Counted from the stretch's first letter, positions 11,820-24,865 are shown. The stretch is DNA of 64,000 nucleotides from Lama glama (GCA_028534125.1 CM052816.1:13952001-14016000), one strand, 5' to 3'. Numbers and translations: made by a program. Notes: generated by a model not told the origin, from the letters alone.

Positions 11820-12740
11820 TCATATTAGTCAAGAATCTTTTCAGCTGCAAAGGGCAAAACCACTGTCAGGACATTTATTATTTACTTCACAAGAAATCTG
11901 GGAACAGAACATCTCAGGGGTCATTCAGCAACTCAACAATTTTGTGAAGGCTGCAGATCTTTCCATCCTTCTGCTTAACCGTACGCAGCATAGAGGTTTT
12001 TGTGTTCATATTTTTCTATTCATGAGGACAAGATAGCTGCCCCTGCTCCAGACATCACCATCCCAAAGCTTCTTTTCACAAGGGTCTATTGATCTTGGAA
12101 GAAAATCTATCCTAGTAGCACCCAGTAGATCTCTCCTTAGATCTCAATGGCCAAACTAGGTTTGGTCCCTTTTATGGGCTGAATGGTGTCTCTCCCTCGA
12201 CCCAGTCTCCAACTCATGTGTTGAAGCCCTAACACTGGTAACTCAGAATGGGATTGTATTCAAGACATAGCCTTTAAAGATGTGATTAAGTCAAAACAAG
12301 GCCATTAGGGAAGGCCCTGGTCCAATCTGACTGGTGCTTTTATAAGAAGAGGAAGTTTGGACACACCGAGGTGTATCAAGGATGCCTGCACTCAGAGGAG
12401 AGACCATGTGAGGACCCCGCAAGAAGGCAGCCATCTGCCAGCCAAGGGAGAGGCCTCGGGAGAAAGCGGTCCTGCCCACACCTTGATCCTGGACTTCCGG
12501 TCCTTGGGCTCTGAGAAATAAACTTCTGTTGTTTAAGCCACCCAGTCTGTGGAATTTTTTTATGGCAGCCCAAGTGAACTAACAAAGTCCCTGAGCTGTA
12601 ACAGAGTCTCTAAGAGGGAGGCTAGGGAAAGGAAATGGGACAGTGTGATTGCCCTGGGGGAGCATCTCCCCAAGACCAGCATTCACGGGGCTGCCGGGGG
12701 TCGCTGCTGGGTATCAGTTACCAACATTTACCACAATCCT
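11820..12740 (-). mobile_element. Old MLT1 (J/K/L-like) LTR, split by a nested MLT1A/B
   Basis: Motifs CAAGATAGCTGCCCCTGCTCCAGACATCAC and CTCAATGGCCAAACTAGG lie on the left. The sequence appears to resume after 12591. Confidence 0.6.
12170..12586 (+). mobile_element. Complete MLT1A/B-like solo LTR
   Basis: Runs from TTATGGGCTGAATGGTGTC to AATAAACTTCTGTTGTTTAAGCCACCCAGT...ACTAACAAA. 5-bp TSD GTCCC at 12165-12169 and 12587-12591. Confidence 0.9.
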
Positions 12741-13429
12741 TGAGTAGAAAGAGCTGGATCACACCCTCTGCTACTCAGAGCTTGTCTTGAGTTCAGTAAA
12801 ATGGGGAGAATAATCAATAGTTATTCTCCCTTTTACCCTCAGCTCTGAAATTCTAAATCTGAGGGGGCTCTCCTCAGGAAGAACCCTTGGATGACAAATG
12901 ACGGCCCTCGGGCATGCACACAGAGCATCCATTCCGACAATGCAGCCACCTGATGATACTTTCTGATGTTCTGTTTCAACTTTCACTTATTCAATACCTT
13001 ATTTCCTGAAAGAATCAATTAGGCCAATATGAATCTCCTTTTCTTATGTTTTCAAGGCCCCAGGAACCAAAGGCCCCTCGATGAACTGGAAACACATGAA
13101 TGCAGGCACACGCTGCAAAATCAAAGACCCAACACTTCCCTGTTCAAGTGTAAACTTCGAGGGCAAATACTATTCATAGTCATTTCTGTGATCCCAAAAC
13201 CCACTGCACAAAGTGGCCACGAGTGCTTCTGTACCAAATGAATGGAAAACACAGTCTCTGGAAATCCATTTTATGATTCATCTGTCTCACAAAGACCTGT
13301 CAAATACTAGCAATTAATTTGTGCTGCTTTCTGGAAGGTGGGTCTCAGTAACCTTACAATTAGTCAAAGACCAAAAATTATTTTCTTCTCTAAAGAATTT
13401 CACATATACTAAGAAGCTTCATTTTTTAA

Positions 13430-14555
13430 AGTGCTAAGAAAAGATGCATGAGTTAATGAACAGTAGGAAACAACTGGTTACATGAGTGAGAAATAAAGTC
13501 GACCTCTATCATGTGATTTATTCCTCCCCCCAAATTTTAGTAGGATTCAAGATTTAAGTATAAAAGCTAGAAAACACAGGTGATTAAATAGAAATCTTGG
13601 TTTGTGTTAGAGTTTCTAAGTATGTCAGAAGTTTAAAAAAAAGAATTGATAAATTTGCCATTAAGATCATTTTTCAAATATTATCTGGAAGGAATATTGT
13701 AAACAAAACAAAAAGGCAATTGATACAATGGGGAACCACTGATAATACTTATGCCAGAAAAAGGATTATTTTCCTTTTCCTTTATATATATTGAGATCCT
13801 CAAATCATAAGATACAGATAAATAATACAAAAGGAAAATGATCAAATTTACAAGAGCAGGAAGTTCATAGAAATAAATGGCCATTATTTGGGAGTAAGGT
13901 TGGAAGCTCACTCTTAAGGAAATATGAATTATAATAATAAAAAAATACATTTATTTTAAGATTGACAATGATAAAAAGCTTGTAGATGTATTTGTGATAG
14001 TGTATGCAGTCAGGCATTTTCATACACTAATTCTGGAGTTTAAAACTGGCATGACCTTTCTGAAGGACAATTTGACAACATCTGTCAAAAATTTAACTTA
14101 CCAGACCCTTTAATCCAAAAAAATACACCTCTAAGTGAAAGTTACTCTAAAAATACAGGATATAGGTTTACCATACTTATTAGAGCACTGTTTGCAATAA
14201 AGCAAAAACAATCTGAATATTCATTAACAGGCTGGTTAGATACATTATTACATTCACACAATGGAACACTATGAAGCAATTTTTTTATGAGTAAATCTAG
14301 ATTTACTGAAATGGAAAACATCCAACACGCGCTAAGTGAAAATCAGCAAGTTGTAGAACAAGATGTCCAATTTGCTCCTATTTGTGTTAAAAATATATAT
14401 GCATTTGTATGCTTGTATGTCCCTAGAACATTTCTGGAAGGATATACAAAACGCCGTTGACTGTGGTTACGTCTGGAAACGATTCTGCTTGAAATTACTA
14501 CCGTGATTGTGTATTGCTTAGGCAATAAAAAGAGATACAGTTAAAATACAAAACG
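13430..14555 (+). mobile_element. Ancient L1 (L1ME-like) 3' portion
   Basis: Diverged ORF2-end and 3' UTR landmarks: ACAAAAAGGCAATTGATACAATGGG, TAAAACTGGCATGACCTTTCTG and CACACAATGGAACACTATG. Confidence 0.7.
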
Positions 14556-14899
14556 CCCCCCTGTTGCTTCCTCGGAAATTCCTCAAATGGGAAAAATTAA
14601 GCTGAAAATGTTAGGACTTATCACTTCCTCCTAAGTGCGGGCTTTTGGAGAGAGAGGGGAATGCCCAGAAGGAAAGAAATCTGTTGGATGGATGTTTCAG
14701 AGCTCAGTCTGAAATAGAATATTCTGAAACTCCCTGAGTGTGGGTGAGCAAGGGGCTGAAGGGCTGAGGACCGGAGGCAGGGCTCCTGCCCGGCAGCACT
14801 GATCACCTCCAAGCCGCTTTCATCGCCACACTGGACAGAAAAAGCAGCAGGGCTCAGTTCCTTAATCTCTTCCTGACCTTAGAATTAAAGTCAGCTCAG

Positions 14900-15420
14900 G
14901 AGGGAAGGAGAAGGGGTGGGTGAAGGAAGGCCCCCTGGGAAAGACATCAAACAGAATCGAAGCATCTCTGACCTCCAGGTCACCAGCCACTTAGAACAAA
15001 CGTGGCCTCTCCTGCAGCCCACCCTGGGCGCCAGCGCTGGAAGCCAATTCCGAATGATTTAGGAAATCGGCCCAGCCCCGGGGCGGGCAGGAAAGGAGCG
15101 ATTAAGGGCGAGAGGGAGAAGTGAGGCTTCCTCGGGAATGAGCACATTTGGAAGCGAGGCAGGAAGGGGCAGGAAGCTGCTCTCATAAAACAATCTGACA
15201 ATTACGTGTCAGTCTAGGAGAAGGGCTCTGGAAATTATGGGGCTGCCACGCCGCACTCCCTGGCCCTCCCCCAGCGATTTCCTCATGGCTGCAATGAGCA
15301 GCAAGAGGAAATTATATTTGGGGCCAGGTGTTGGTGGCTCTACGTTCGGGTTCAACTTGGGACTGAGAATTTTACACTCGCATGCAGAGGGAAGCAATTC
15401 CCTGCTGCTGCTGTAAAGCA
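14900..15420. promoter_or_regulatory. Candidate enhancer or promoter (GC/CpG-enriched unique sequence)
   Basis: CCAAT at 15044, GC box at 15080-15087, several GGAA (ETS) cores, and retained CpGs. Confidence 0.4.
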
Positions 15421-16269
15421 CGGGGGCTGCACTGATCCTAGCCGGCCTGGCACCACGCTGGCATTGCCATGACCATACCTGGCATTTACCAACTGGTCAC
15501 TGGAGCCAGGCGCATCACCTGCATGAACTCACAACAACCCTACTACAGACACTGAGACCCAGAGCAGCTCCGTGACCTGCTGCAGATAACTAGTTAGGGG
15601 AGGCAGAGTAAGAATTTGAACCCAGGCATTCTGTCCCCAGAGCCCCACACTCAAAATTCAATTGGTAACACAGCTTATGGATATTTTTCAGAGAGCAACC
15701 AGAACCATTATTTTATATATGTTATCTGGAGGAAAGAGGTTCCTGAGCAGACTCCTACCTAAACACAGGCATTGCCTTCTTGTCCATTATCCATCCATCC
15801 ATCTCCTTCCTTCCCTGTATTTATGAAGTACTGATGGTGTGACCAGCAGAGTTAGGTACTGTGAAATTACAAGACCCACTCTTGCTTCTAAAGACAATGA
15901 GAGAATACATTTTACAGACTTAAGAGTCCAAACATATTTGCAGTCTTTTCCTGAGCCTTGCTATGATATTTCTGGGTTTGTTTGGAGCAGACACATTCTT
16001 GCCAACCCTCAGGACCAGGAACTTTTCTCAGCACACACATTTGACAGAGTCCTGGCAGAGTCTGGCCTTCCTCCTGTCCACCGGCCCCCTTCAGAGGGGA
16101 CCCTTTGGGAGGCAGTGGGACATCTGTTCAGGGCCAAGGTGGGGTTGGGGGCAGTTGGGGACAGGAAGAATCTGAGTTTTCTCTCATGGGCTGAGAAAGC
16201 GCGGCTCTTAGAAGATCCCGTACCTCAGTTGAGAGGAGAGCAGGGGAGTAGCAGTCAAGTGTCCCAACT

Positions 16270-16880
16270 CCCCCAGTCCCTAGCTGTGTGACCCTGGGCA
16301 AGTTGCTTGGCTTTTCTGAGCCTGTCTTGTGAAGTGAGACTGTCATGAGGATTAAATGAAACAACATGCCAGTTTTCAGCAAGAGCGCTTCCCGGAACAT
16401 GGGAGGCATTCATAAATCTTGGCCATGACCCTGATGTTCTGTGCTGGGTGTGTCATTTAAGTAAGCCAATCCTGCTCTCACAGCCTCTTCTATTAGCAAA
16501 GCACTCCCAGGACATCAGAAATGCTTTACTTCCTCCCAGCTCAACTGCATGATACCCAAAAGGCATCTTTATGAAATGAACGCTACCTGGTAACATGATT
16601 ATTTCCTTAGTCATACATTTATTAATTACCTGCAAATGCTAAGGCAGGCAATATGCATTGAAGATAAAAACAAAACTCTGACAGCTAGACTTCTGGGTTC
16701 AGATCCCATCCCTGCTACTTGGGCACATTACTGAACATCTGTGAACCTTAAATCCCTCACATGTGAAAACAGGGGTAACAAAAGATAGTCCTTACCCATC
16801 AGGTAATGGTGAGCATCAGAGAAAAGAATGTAACCTTATTTTCTGCCTGGCTTCAGGTAAGGACCCACTAAGTGACAGGT
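16270..16880 (+). mobile_element. Two MIR fragments (16270-16420 and 16670-16880)
   Basis: First contains CTAGCTGTGTGACCCTGGGCAAGTT...GAGGATTAAATGAAA. Second contains CTGGGTTCAGATCCC...TTGGGCACATTAC. Confidence 0.7.
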
Positions 16881-17579
16881 TATTCTTTTTTTTTTTTAAT
16901 TGTTGTACTAAAAATTTTGCACAAGCATAATTTTGCACAGACATAATCCTTGACTTCTGAGATAAAATGAACAATGCCCATGGTCTCTAGCATGCAGACG
17001 AAGTTAAATAAAGCAGAACTTACAGGCCAATTAGAATAAATGTCTGGGTGAAATAAAACTAGAAAACTGGGTAGAATTGAGAAGGCGCCATTAAAATCTC
17101 TTAGTTTTCTGTGAATTTCAGTGAGAAACTAAAGTCTGGGGAAGAAAAGATACAAATGTAGGAAGCGGTGGTAGGTGGGAGAGGGACCCTAAAGGCTTAA
17201 AATTTGCAGTCATATGTTAACTGGTTCAGTAAAAGAAACTTCCAGTACATCTGTTTCCAGAGACTTCTTTGGGGTGAGGACTGACCCCCATATCCTTTTG
17301 GCAATTCCTTTCCCAGCATCTGGCATTTCAGGAAGAGACTGCTAGGTAACAAACATCACCTCACCACTCTAAGATTTCTGCCATAAACAGAGTCCCTCCG
17401 GCTCTTTTGTTGTCTTGCTATTGCTTAAAATAGTATTTCATGTGCATTTACTTCTTCATTCTTCCCGTTCCTTACTGATACTCATTACAAGCTTTCACTT
17501 CTTGTCATTCACACCCCTGCCCCGGTGTCCTGCACATACTAAGTACACAAACAATTTCTTGATCCCTGACCAATCTTAC

Positions 17580-19235
17580 CTGAAATCTCCAATGTCCAAT
17601 GTTGACTGATCTGCAAACAGTCCAGAGAATCATTCGAATAAAAAGCAGAAGGGGCCAGGAGGGGGCAGTGATGGGGCAGAGCTTGCCAGAGAAAGGGAAA
17701 TGCCAGTTATTATTCTGGATGACTTCAGACAAACAGAAAACATTTGGATTTAGCCCAGGAGAGGGTGCTACCTACTTCCAAGAAAGCCTGGCCACGCACG
17801 CTGGGCAGGGCCTGTCTCCTCAAATGAGGCTGGGGTTTGGGCTTCCGAGCTGCCCTTTTACCAGTGCGGGGGATGGGGGCCAGGGCTGCGGGGGGAATGC
17901 TCCAACAGCCTGGGCCCTCCTCTGATACAAGGAACTCTTCAGCTGGACCACAGGCAGGAGTCTAGGGAGCATGAACATACCAGCAGAACAGATGCAAAGC
18001 TGCTTCTTTTGCTCCAAGCATTTACCCAAGCAGCTTGCTGGGCAGTGGAGATAACATAAAAAACAAACAAACAAACAAACAAAAAAAACCCATCACCACC
18101 CTACCACCAATGCATACTCTAAGGTGGTTTTTTAAAACATCCTGAGAAAAGAGGGAAAGTGTTAAATGTAGGGGTAGGTAGTTAGAGATCACAGGATGCT
18201 GAATAAAACCTAAATGTGCACCTTCTCCCAGCCCTTATATAAGGTATGTTTCTATTTCCAATGTTATTCAAACAAAGTCCCTTTTGTCTTTGTGGTGGAA
18301 TAACTTCTCTGGAGCCTGGAATCTAGAAGACTGGCCTCTATACTCCTAGTTGCACCCCTGATCCTTTCTCCCCAAAGCTCTTCGGCTAGCTCCTTCATTT
18401 CTTGAGCGCTCACTATACCCATACCTTAAACAGGAATCATTGCTAGCATACTTGCAGCAAGATGGAAATTCTGCTCACTATACCCTTTCAACGATACACA
18501 TTATTATACTGAGGCAGATCACTCACCTGCTTCTCATTTGTCTTTTGACAAGTCAGATGTCCTGCTTTCTCTGAACAGAAACCCCGATAAAAGTTGTAAG
18601 TAAATAGGAAATAGAGTGGATGTTAAATTGTAGCTCCTGATGGGAACCAAGTCTAAAAAGCAGTCTTGATACTGTCAGTGGGAGTATAAATGCAGAGGGC
18701 ACTGCTTACATATGTAACAGACCACTTCACCTAGCAATTTCAAGCCTATGAATTACTCCTACAGATATACTGGTCCATACATACAAAGATCGACAAAACA
18801 AGTGAATCTGTTCGGCAACGTTTATAATGGCAAAACTCTGGAACAAATGCATTAACGGGACTGGTCAAATTAATTACAGTACATCTACTGTACAATGAGA
18901 CACTGTGTATGTACAAAGTACATTACAGTGTGTGTAATACGCTCCCGTTTGTGTTATGTTTATGTACATTTATATATTTATACTTTTTTTAAAAGGGCTC
19001 TGTGCACATAGAAAAAATTCTAGAAGGACACCCCCAAAGCTTCTGACACAACGACTTTCAGGTAGTGGAACTCGGGGTATGGGACATACCTTCTTGCACA
19101 TAGTTTTGTAGCATTTGACTTTTTTACATGTATTACTTCTGTAATAATAAAAACCAGCCTTCAAGTGTGGTGGCCGCCCCTCTTACCTGCCTTTAGAAAC
19201 TCTGTTGGCTTCATTCATCTCTATCTAGAATCCAA
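17580..19235 (-). other. Three candidate short exons (19187-19235, 18527-18570, 17580-17610) of an unidentified minus-strand transcript
   Basis: Each has a pyrimidine tract with CAG acceptor and a CAG|GTRAG donor (gtaaga, gtgagt, gtaaga). No expression data. Confidence 0.5.
18660..19160 (+). mobile_element. Ancient L1 3' end (L1ME-like)
   Basis: Contains GTGGGAGTATAAAT, CACCTAGCAATTTCA and the terminal TTTGACTTTTTTACATGTATTAC. Confidence 0.6.
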
Positions 19236-19537
19236 CTGACAAAAACACAAAAGTGGAGGACAACGGTGCATGCTGGACAAGTTCCTGCTGCTGCGGGGAT
19301 GTGAGCTCCAATCATGTTAGATCCGATACCATTATCTTCCCTTTTCGGTCCTCAGGTAATAAGCGAAGCTTACTGTGCTAGGCTTTTATGAAGAATGATC
19401 TTACTGATATAGAACAATATCTTGGAGACACTAAAGACTGGTGACTTGGCAAAAACCAGTGCGCTGTTCTCCTCAGCTAAGAATGACACTGTGGGGCACA
19501 GCCCTGAGCCCTCTAAGTAGAGAAAAGTTCAGTTGGT

Positions 19538-19995
19538 TGTATTTGTTGGGATTAGGCTCAGCTGTGAGGACCAGAAAATCTCAAATAACAGCACCTTAAA
19601 TATGATAAAAGTTCTCTTCTTCTCTCATATACAAGGACTCAAAGATGGTCAGGGTGTGGGAGGCTGCACCTTCTCTCCTGCTGCTTTATCATGCATCACT
19701 TCAACCTGGTCCAACATGGCAGCTTCCACGTCTCGGGAAGCAGGATGGAGGAAGACGTGAAGAAGGCGCAAAGTATATACACATAATGCCTCTTAAGTGG
19801 AGTTTCTAGAAGCTGCCATCAGACATTTTCACTTACTCAGATTGGCCAGAACTCAGTCTCATGGCCGATCCAGCTGCAAGGGAAGCTGAGAAACGCAGTC
19901 TTAATGCCATCCTAAAATTGAGGATTCTATGTTACTACCATAGAAGAAGAGAAGAGTGGATACTGAGAGATGATTTGAGGCTTCTGAACACTGAT
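19538..19995 (-). mobile_element. Old MLT1 LTR (H/J-like)
   Basis: Contains AAATAACAGCACCTTAAA, TCCAACATGGCAGC and ATTGGCCAGAACTCAGTCTCATGGCC...GCTGCAAGGGAAGCTGAGAAA. Confidence 0.7.
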
Positions 19996-21229
19996 CTACC
20001 CTACTCTCTTTGCCCCCTAATCTATTTTTCAAAGATAAATATCATCTCAGCATATTGCATAGATAAGGAAAAATATCATGCTTTGCCATCTATCCACCTT
20101 TATAAGCTTAGAAAAAAGTTTTGCTAACATTTCAACATTGAAAGGATGGCAAAATGTCCTAGAGTTTCACTCCCTTGTGTTTCTCCCAGCTCTGAATCCA
20201 GCTCTAAAATCCTGAACATGGATAGGATATACTCGCTATTGGGGACAGGAACCATGTCATGCCCACAATATTTCCACCAATAAACGTCAACAAAATACAG
20301 TGGAACTGGTCTGTGATGTAATTCAGAGACTATTTCCTGTAAGACAATATGCCCTGGAAGAGCATGCTATTTATACTATGGGAAAAGCCCATGGGCTTCA
20401 GATTTAGGTTCAAGGAAAAAGGAATCTGTCAGCTGATTAAACAGGATCCCTGGGGACAAGGATAGTAGTGTTAACAGTCATAAAGGAACTGGGACGTCAG
20501 AGACTCCCAAGGTTGGGAAGGGCTAATTCTACCTTCAGAGGAGACAGCGGCAGCTCCTCGGGCATTCCTGCTGGACACCCATCTTCACAGCCACCACAGA
20601 CTGCAAAGAAGGACCAGATGCCTGCCTGTGTCTGCCATACCTGTCACTCACTGCAGGTTCCCAGACCCAGGACCACTCTTCACTAGGACTTAAAAGGAGG
20701 GTGGTTTTGTGTGTCTTAGACTGCAGGCCACCAGTTAGCAGTAAAAAGCCAAATGTTTAAACCCAAATTAACTTCCACGTTGTGGTCTTCTGTCTTGTTA
20801 AAAATAAGTCACTTGATGGTTCTTTGATCAATAAATAGCATGAGGGTATAGAGACAAAGGAAAAGGATATTAACATGAAGGCAAAAGACTAAACCAGGCC
20901 CCTGAGGATGACTCAGAGAGGTGGGAACTCAGAGGCTCCCTTTCCTGGTATCTCAGGAGGACCACTGCTCCAGACTTGACAGTTTGTGACCACTTTGTTG
21001 ACACTGGCCCCACATTTGGCCCAATGCTCTTAGGCCCTTGGCCAGTCGGGACTGAGTGGTCATCACGCCAGCGAGGTGACAAGCTAGGACCCCACCTACC
21101 ACCTACCAGGCCTGGGCCACACAGGTTCTACCAACAACTGAACATAAGACACGGCCCCAGATCAACTCCTGAGTCCCTCCCAAACCTGCTTCTCCCCTCT
21201 CACTAGACAACCAGGGTGTTCTCAGTCTG

Positions 21230-21895
21230 AAAGCTCCCTCTCTCACACCCCATCTCCAACCCAGCCGCGAATCCTACTGCCTGCCTTCGAAGCCCGTCGG
21301 GAACCCGATCACTTCTCACCGCTTCCACTGGTCCAGGAAAACGGCCCTCTCACCCGAGTTACTACGAAGCCTCCTGACTAGTTCACCGCTCTCCTCTCAC
21401 CAACCCACCCACTCAGTCTCTTCACCTGGGAAAACCTAAGCCAGGTCAGGGCACCCCTTGGTTCTAGACCCTCTGGGGGCTCCCCAGTTCATGTGGACTA
21501 CAAGTCCACGTCCATAGCAGCGTCCAAGCCCTCCTCTCCCACCTCACCTCCTGCACCCCTCCCCCGGCTCTGCTCCTGCCCCCTCCCCCGTCCACAAGCC
21601 AAGCAAACGCCCAGCAGTGTCCACAGGGATCCTCCCCCAGCTGCCTTCAAAGTCTGCTCCTTCACTTCCTGCAAGTGGCTCTCCAGTGCCTGCCCCCAAA
21701 CAAAAACTTTCCCCAGCTACCCCTCTGGGCCTCCTTTACTTCTCTTCCTAATGTGTATCCCCAGCTGACAGAATGTGAGTTTATTGTTTACTGTCCATCT
21801 CTCCCCACTGGGCTGTGAGTTCCACGGATACAGGATATTGTCTCCCTAGAACAGTGCGTGGTGCAGAGCAGACAAATCCTTGATAAACAAATGGT
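21230..21895 (+). mobile_element. L2 3' portion
   Basis: L2 3' end CTGTCCATCTCTCCCCACTGGGCTGTGAGTTCCAC...CCTAGAACAGTGCGTGG. Confidence 0.7.
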
Positions 21896-22436
21896 GCTGC
21901 ACAGTGTCCAGCTCACGTGTGGCCTGAGGTCAAACAAGCAGCCACAAGGGCAAAGAAAGCCCAGTCATCCACACAAAAATGCGCAATGTCTCTTTTCATA
22001 ACTAACCTTCTTGTTCTTTTCATAATTAAGTGAAGGAGAAGGAAGGTATCTGCTTGTTGGACGAATGAGGGGAGGAACCATTTACTGAGCACCTACTACA
22101 TCTCAGGCACTGTTCTGGTTCTGGACGTACGTTTTGTGGCACTTCCACTGCAGGGGGAATATGGGGGGAGAGGTTCGATTTGAAAAAGCTGAAAAGAATA
22201 CCATAAATAAGCAAATAAAATTGTTTCAAATAATTATTAATAATATATATTTTCAAGAAATCTTTCTAAAAATTTCTAATAAAAATATACCTGTTTTATA
22301 CATGGGTACTTACTTATGAGTCTCTTTCTTCCACTTTTTCCTCCTCTGAAGTCCTGCACTTGAAATAAAAAATACATATATTTCATATATGTTAAATTAA
22401 TTCACGCTGTCCACCTCAGAGCAGCTACTTTATGAC

Positions 22437-22557
22437 TTTGGGGGGTGGTGATTAGGTTAATTTAATTTTTTAAATTTTTTTAACAGAGGTACTGGGGATT
22501 GACCCCGACTTCGTGCATGCTAAGCATGCACTCTACCACTGAGCTATACCCTCTCCC
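22437..22557 (-). mobile_element. Vic-1-type SINE
   Basis: GAGGTACTGGGGATTGA...GCATGCTAAGCATGCACTCTACCACTGAGCTATACCC is the reverse complement of the SINE head. Confidence 0.9.
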
Positions 22558-23399
22558 TCCATGATGAGCCATACCATGTCAAAGACGGTATCTCTTGTAT
22601 GTGGATTTAACAACTGATACTGTTCTGTGCCATGAGCCTAGAAGGTACCCACTGAAAATCAGTCTGGTGACGGCTCACAGATCTTCAGAAGTGTATTCTG
22701 CAATTCTTTCTGACCTACCATCATGGCTCTACCAGTACATTGCCGAGAAGCTGCACACTTTTATTTGACTAGAGCTGGTGAAAATTCCATATGGAGTCCT
22801 CAGTTCACAAAGCTGAATGAAAACACAGAACCTCTTAAAATAAAAATAGATCTGTTTGGGAATCACAAGGGAAATGTTACTTATTCTCTGAGCCTTCAGC
22901 TTCTGCTCTCCCTGGTGGTGGGAACCTACGCTGTCATTCCAATTTCCTATAAACTTGGCAGCACTCTGTGTCCATTTGGAATTGTAATAGCCCGGATTTC
23001 AGTTCGGGGAGGAAGGAAGGAGTCATTGCATTCCACCAAAGAGTCCTCCAGCTGAATCCCAAGAAGCCAGAGCTTAAATGTCAATGTTCTCCCAAAGGGA
23101 AGAGATGGCTCCACCTAATGAGTTTACCTGGTTAGCGCTCCATAACCAGTTCTGGGCTCGCTTTGCTGGCCTTTCTTTCGTAATGCTGCTTGTTGTAGAA
23201 AATTCGGATTTTTGGATTAGGTGTTTTGGGGGGTTTTTTGTTTGGTTTTGTTTGTTTGTTTTGCAGTTATACCCAGATTTTTCACACCAAATACCCTAAG
23301 TATTTCAGACCAACAGTTCCAGGATGTGTGTGTTCTTACTGTCCATCCCCACTGCTACATGCTTCCTGATTTAGGAAATGGGAACTGCAAAAAAAAGGC

Positions 23400-23800
23400 C
23401 AACCAACTTGCCCTCGCCCTCCGCTCCAGCTCTAATCTCCTGTTGTCATGGTCAAAGGAGCCAAGCCCACTACGGTGGGGGAAACCCTCAGGCCGAGTGG
23501 GAGGCAGGAGGTGCCCCTAATGGGCTTTGCGCGGCCCAGGTGAGAGAGGCCTCCTGATGGAGCCCTGAATCTCTGGCTCCCACTTCCCTCTCCTCTACTT
23601 TTGTTTCCAAATAAGCGAATTGCGTGCAAACAGCTACATTCCATAAACAAGCCATTTCCTCTTCCTTGGGGGAAGGCGACGGGGAGAAGGGCGGAAGAAA
23701 CACACACGTCTTTAGAAAACTCAGATTGTGTTAAGGGCTTCCTACGCCCCTGGGCTCTTCATTTGAGGGCTCCCCTCTCTTCCCTACTCAGGTAAACATA
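23400..23800. promoter_or_regulatory. Candidate regulatory element
   Basis: Repeat-free and CpG-retaining. Has a forkhead-like ATAAACAA and ETS-like CTTCC and CGGAAG cores. Confidence 0.35.
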
Positions 23801-24865
23801 TTACAAAATACTCACATCCCCTGTTAAAGACGTGTGTTTCTTCCCTGGTAAAATTATGGAAGGTTTTCTAAATTTCACTTTAAAAAACCTCTTTGGGTCC
23901 AAAGAACTGACGTCTGAACAATGCTCAGGAAATGCAAAAATGTCACTTACACACTGTTTCTCAATGAAATCAAATTTCTAATGAATACTAAATGTAAGAA
24001 CTGACTGGGTTGACATGAGGCTAGCTACTGCAGGCATTTAATGAGACCTTTACTGATTTTAATTTTGTGGGTTTCTTTTCATATGTGGGAAAATACATTT
24101 ATATTATGCTCTCGCTCGCTTGCTCACTCGCTCTCTCATTTATATGATTACAGAAATACTATATACGTAACATTTTTCCAGGGTTAAATATTGCCTTGGG
24201 CCCTTAAAACTTCATGGACTCAAAGCCTTAGGCCTAGCGAGCCTCACAGACATACGGGCGAGGTAAATAATCCTCTCAAAAACAAAGAAAAAATTTTAAT
24301 GTAAAAACTTACTGCAACCCCAGGTGGGCGAACGGATTAACATGACCAGCAGTTCAGCTGTGTTGGGGCCCCCTTGCCAACCCAAAGGCTCTACTATCAG
24401 TCCTGGGCTTTTGCACCCACTCCCCTCCAGCCTCACCATAGGAAGCGGTCATCCCACCACAGAGGTTCCTATTTCAGACCCACTCTGGCCCCCTGGGACT
24501 CTCCTCCAGGCTGTCCTTCCTAAACCACTTGAATCTCATTTCTCCTGCAGCTGATTTTTTTTTTTTTTTCCAAGATGTTAAGAATTTCTGTGGAACCATC
24601 TGGATGTTATTAAGAAAGTGTCCCGGGTCCTCTGAGGCAGCTGGCTGCGGCCTCTTGCCTTGTTTCCTGTGTCCTGGATGTCTAAGTTGACTTTCATAAG
24701 AAATTTGGAATATTAGCTTAAAAAAAGAAACAGTCAATATTTTTCAGGCGCTGAGCGCTTGCAGCTTAATTTCCCCAGGCTGCGACTTTGCATTTTGAGT
24801 TCCCCTCGTTGGCCCCTGCTCTGGGAAGGATGAAGCATGTCTGTTTGAAAAACAGAAGGCCCGAG

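Noticed and set aside
15839..16291. 150-aa ORF (also the 150-aa ORF at 36358-36810)
   Set aside because: Both overlap repeat sequence, have non-ATG starts and contain no recognisable domain.
16586..16628. Further possible minus-strand micro-exons (also near 12998-13005 and 17366-17378)
   Set aside because: The splice sites are weaker or ambiguous and cannot be told from chance without RNA data.
16912..16948. Tiny tandem duplications (AATTTTGCACA x2; AGAAATGGTA x2 near 57589)
   Set aside because: Ordinary replication-slippage products with no sign of function.
20533..22353. Kinase VAVK-like motif (SVVAVK) in a candidate exon
   Set aside because: The frame stops within the exon, and no glycine loop, HRD or DFG motif was found in neighbouring candidates.
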